This document shows, one piece after another, positions 60,155-64,000 of a DNA stretch of 64,000 nt. How positions within the stretch are numbered: the first letter of the stretch is position 1; every line of letters starts with the position of its first letter. The position numbers and the translations under genes are program-made. The stretch comes from Ascidiella aspersa. Taxonomy: Eukaryota. The stretch covers positions 23,002,001 through 23,066,000 of the forward strand of contig OZ004613.1 in assembly GCA_963924565.1 (NCBI GenBank), given 5' to 3'. The notes under the pieces were generated by a model that was given only the letters and a program-made list of their open reading frames with translations, was not told where the DNA came from and did not search any database.

Positions 60155-60947
60155 TAGGGATGTCCAATATGTACTCGGATAGTAACGGTGCCAATCAGAT
60201 ATCAAATTAACATAAGAATTTCAGCCATGGTTTACGATATAACCCTGCTGTTCTACTTTGAAAGGACTTCTTCACATTAAAGAAATGTTTGGCCCAATAA
60301 CTTGAAAAACAAATCTTTTAAACACTTTAATGTAATACATTTTGCTTGTTTGACTAAGGCAGTGGTTCTCAAATTTTTTTAGAAAAATTGCGCAACGGTC
60401 CCTCAGCAACTTTTTAAATTGCTCACGGTCACGGTCCCTTAAAAATATACACAAAATAACATTTGTTTTTAATGGTATCAATGGGATGGGTGCAGTTGCT
60501 TCTTTGCTATCAGCTCGGCTATGTTAACCTCTAACGAATCACTTTTTTGTGTGGAGCAATCACGAACAGTTTTAAAACCGTGACCGTACAGCTCACATTG
60601 ACAGCGCAGCAAGCTGTAAAAACGTAACTCTCATTAGCACAATGCAATACTATGACGTCACAATGGACAATTCAACTCAAATTGCGCGATAACGTGAGTG
60701 AACAACTAATCAGCTTGCTTTGGAAAAGTAAGTATCCTGATTTTTTTTTGCACAAGAGGTTTTCTTCTTCAGGAGCGTCGGGTTGTTGATTTTTTGTTGG
60801 GTGCTTCGCGGTCCCAGAAAATTGTCTCGCGGACCCCAAAAGGACCGCGGACCCCAGTTTGAGAACCACTGGACTAAGGAATGATGCCATTTTGTATCCG
60901 ATCGGATCGCGATGCTTTTTATCCAAAATGCCGGTCGGACATCCCTA
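60155..60947. mobile_element. Older MITE (TIR tagggatgtcc) with ccgat-rich subtermini; relative at about 10821-11790
   Basis: tagggatgtcc...ggacatcccta; shares ggatagtaacgg with the 10821 copy. Confidence 0.6.
60360..60871. mobile_element. hAT-type MITE nested in an older TIR element
   Basis: TIR cagtggttctcaaa / tttgagaaccactg; exact 8-bp TSD gactaagg. Confidence 0.9.
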
Positions 60948-63900
60948 CTAACAGCCAATGTTTTTGCGATCTTAATATATTTGTTTCTCATTCTCTTTTA
61001 GGGGCTCAGAAACCTTAGAAGTGGTGAGACAAGTGTTAAGTATTTCGAACCCAAAGAATAAGAATTGAAGCAGTGCATTCATTTGTCTAAACGAGAAACA
61101 TAATTAAATATATGTTGAAATCTTGTTGTTTTGACTAATTAGTTATAAAAATTATTACATATGGGTACATCATGCATCTATTCCTAAACATTCTTTACTG
61201 TGCAGCCGTCTAAGTTGTAAAGTCATTGGATATTTAGCAATTACACAATGTCCAGAAAACAAGAAAACGTATATAGATTTCAACAAAGCATTGTAAACAT
61301 TTACCGGAAAAGGTACCAAAAATTACCGATTTGCTTGGTCGCGATAACCCGCATAAGCCATAATTACTTTGGTTGAATCTTACAAGGCGAACTCTGAGTT
61401 CTTCCAATATTGATCGGCCCAACTGATCTGTCCTAGACCGTGTTACGAGGCGGAAATGTACAAATAAACAGCAGCCGATGGTCCCAGCACCTGCGCGGGA
61501 TGCCTTAAATAGATTACCCTCCACGGTATTCACTTGCCGTGACGATTAGCGACAGTTTATTGCTAAAACGACAAACAGCACAGTCGCAGGCTTCAAACGC
61601 GAATTAGATGCTACCTCTGGGCCGCAGTCTTCACATTTAATATATACTGTATGTCTGTATCGTACGGCGTTACGGGAACTTGTAATCCAGCAGGTGTCGC
61701 GCTGACCTACAGTTTATTTGGAAGTCGTTTGAGCGAGTTTCCGCTGACATTTAAAGCTTCCTCGCGCACAGTTTTTTACGCAACTGCTGTAAACAATAAG
61801 ACTACAATGACGTAAATTTAAGCTTTTTTCGTCGTTAAATAAAGCGCCGAAAAACATATACAATCGTACTTTATCAACGGTTTTGACACGACACATTGGG
61901 GCCAAAGATATTATATTTTCATTTAATGCTACCAATACGTTTGTCTATAGCAAATTAACCTAGACCTAGAGATTGTTTTTCCGTGATTGTAAGTAATCAA
62001 TCTAGGACTTAGCTAGTTAGATATTTTTAAAATTACAGAAAAAATTCAACTGTTACAAACAAAATAAAAACGAGTGATAAATAGACATACAATTGTGCGA
62101 TTCTAAGAGTAACTATAATCCACTGCTACAACAGTACTCCGTTTGTAAAATGCGACTCCTAAATTTGGGAGATAAGCTGAGACCTCCACACGAAGGCTAC
62201 TCGAGACAGCGTTTCGAATTCAGGCCGTTTTCGTCATGCCGCTATATCCTTACCAAATCTCAATGAAAATGCCTTAATTTTCTAAACATCCAACTCGAAG
62301 TGGGCCCGCTGAAGGGGACAAGTGCCCGTACCCGGAGCCCGGGGGCCTGGTGTTTTGTCGTCAAATAGCTGCCACAATAGAGAGTGACGTCACGCGGGCA
62401 GCTCTCAAAGGGCCCTGGTCAGCGCGTGTGACCGACGGCGGATCGGTTTCGCCCGGCGCGCAAGTTTGCGCGATAAGGTTACCGGGCTTTGCACGCAAAT
62501 GCGCGTCGATCGCGGCCTCTTGCAAACAAGCGGTCGGAAGTGAAACTTAAGATCGGCACACAACACGGAGCAAGTGGCTCCCCCCTTCATTTTAGCCCCA
62601 CTCCGCACCCGGCATCGGGAACTTTGGGTTGCTGTTTAGGGGTACACGCGCCCACGTCTCTCTCGAAAGCCATCGGCGTTTAAAGGTTTAAGGCGCAGCT
62701 GAAAAGAAATGCTGGGCTAATTTGGTGCCAGTCAAGCTGTTACCCGAGGCCGATCAACAGCTCGACGAGGTTTACGCCGAAGTGAACTCCAAGTGCCCGA
62801 CTCACTGCCCCTCTAACAACGGCTTGTTGCCCGGTAATTATTTCAACTTATCGAGGGTATTGTTACAGCGAGATTCCTCTTCTTTAACTTCTTTTTCAGG
62901 ATGTTTCGACACTAGCATATTTGATTTTGACACCGTAAGCGCTTTGGTGGCCGTATGCAACAAAGCTGGTAAACATAACAAAAAAAAGGTAACAACTTTA
63001 ATTTTTATAAATAATTTCCTTCGACATATTTTCGAAAAAGTTCTGTCACATCCACGCATGCTCAGTTTTAAAACTACAAGCCATGAGTTTCATTTAAGGC
63101 GGGATACTTTAATTGGTACTTCACCAGGTAAAATTTGTTCAATTATTTTTGAAATTAGGCAATCTGATCCTAGTATATGTTGTACATAGAGATTAAGTCC
63201 AATGATCCTCACATAACCAATAAAATACGTTATAAACGTTGTAATGTGAAAGTTATTCAGATGTACCATAGAGACTTATTAAAGAAAGAACAGTTTTCCG
63301 CATCACCTTTTACATTTTACATCATCCGTTAACATGCGTATACAGAAGATACAAAATGGCGCCCGAACCTAACTGCTGTTTACTGTTCAGCACACATGGG
63401 TGCAGGGCAGAAAGTGTCAGAAGACAGCGCTCTCTGTTGCCTCAAAACAATGCTGGTGTGCGAAGCGCGGTGAGCGACCAAATGCAAGACACGAACGAGT
63501 AGAACCGGAATTCCTCTTCGCTGCCTTTTCGCCCAAATCCTCAAGATAATTTCGCTAATGCGCCAGTCGGCTTTTGCCGTTGGCCTGGGGTTTGCACTGG
63601 GGGCGTTGTAACGCGATCCCCGGCCAGCAATCGAGAGTGCTCTGGGCCGCGGCAAAGTCGTCAATTCTCGTCCGATACGAGGCAAGGCCTTCTATTCAGT
63701 CAGGGGTCGCACACGCCTGATTGAATTCCGCTTCCTAAACGCTCATCGCCGACAAGCGAGGCTGTCAAACTTGTAGTGCGATTTTCTCACGCCCCCGGTC
63801 CCTTATAACATTGCATATGTAGCTTTCCGCGCCGCTGTGCAATCGCTTCATTTTTGGAGTGCGAGTGATTCAGAGCTCGCGCCTAAGTCAACTCATCCTC

Positions 63901-64000
63901 CCCCAGGCCGCTCTACTCGCAGCAAGATTAAGCAGCGCGATTTCCGCTCCGGCTAATGTGGCTGGATTTTGTGTCAACTTGAAAACACCCGACCATTCGT

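Noticed and set aside
62722-63685. ORFs 62722-63189 (+) and 63380-63685 (-)
   Set aside because: No recognisable homology, TTG starts, no supporting exon structure.

Overview
AT-rich metazoan genomic DNA with GT-AG introns densely filled with non-autonomous transposons; a tunicate-like invertebrate is plausible but is an inference only. Three spliced genes can be assembled by hand. (1) The last five exons of a divergent class-II GLUT/SLC2A transporter (+, 1-4869). (2) A CLIC chloride intracellular channel gene (-, 10594-31583) with two alternative starts and three different exons that each end in the N-terminal beta-1 motif LF[IV]K. (3) A complete 14-exon, 607-aa secreted protein (+, 39398-59390) with a signal peptide, five FN3 domains and a C-terminal galaxin/usherin-like di-cysteine repeat. 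The most striking non-coding signal is two unrelated families of small fold-back insertions. In the best-preserved copies they share one design: 12-bp target-site duplication, ~30-bp unpaired tail, long inverted repeat. Several carry variant minimal type-I hammerhead ribozyme motifs, which matches Penelope-like element inverted pLTRs. They are nested reciprocally with hAT-type MITEs (8-bp TSDs). Most entries in the ORF track are spurious.
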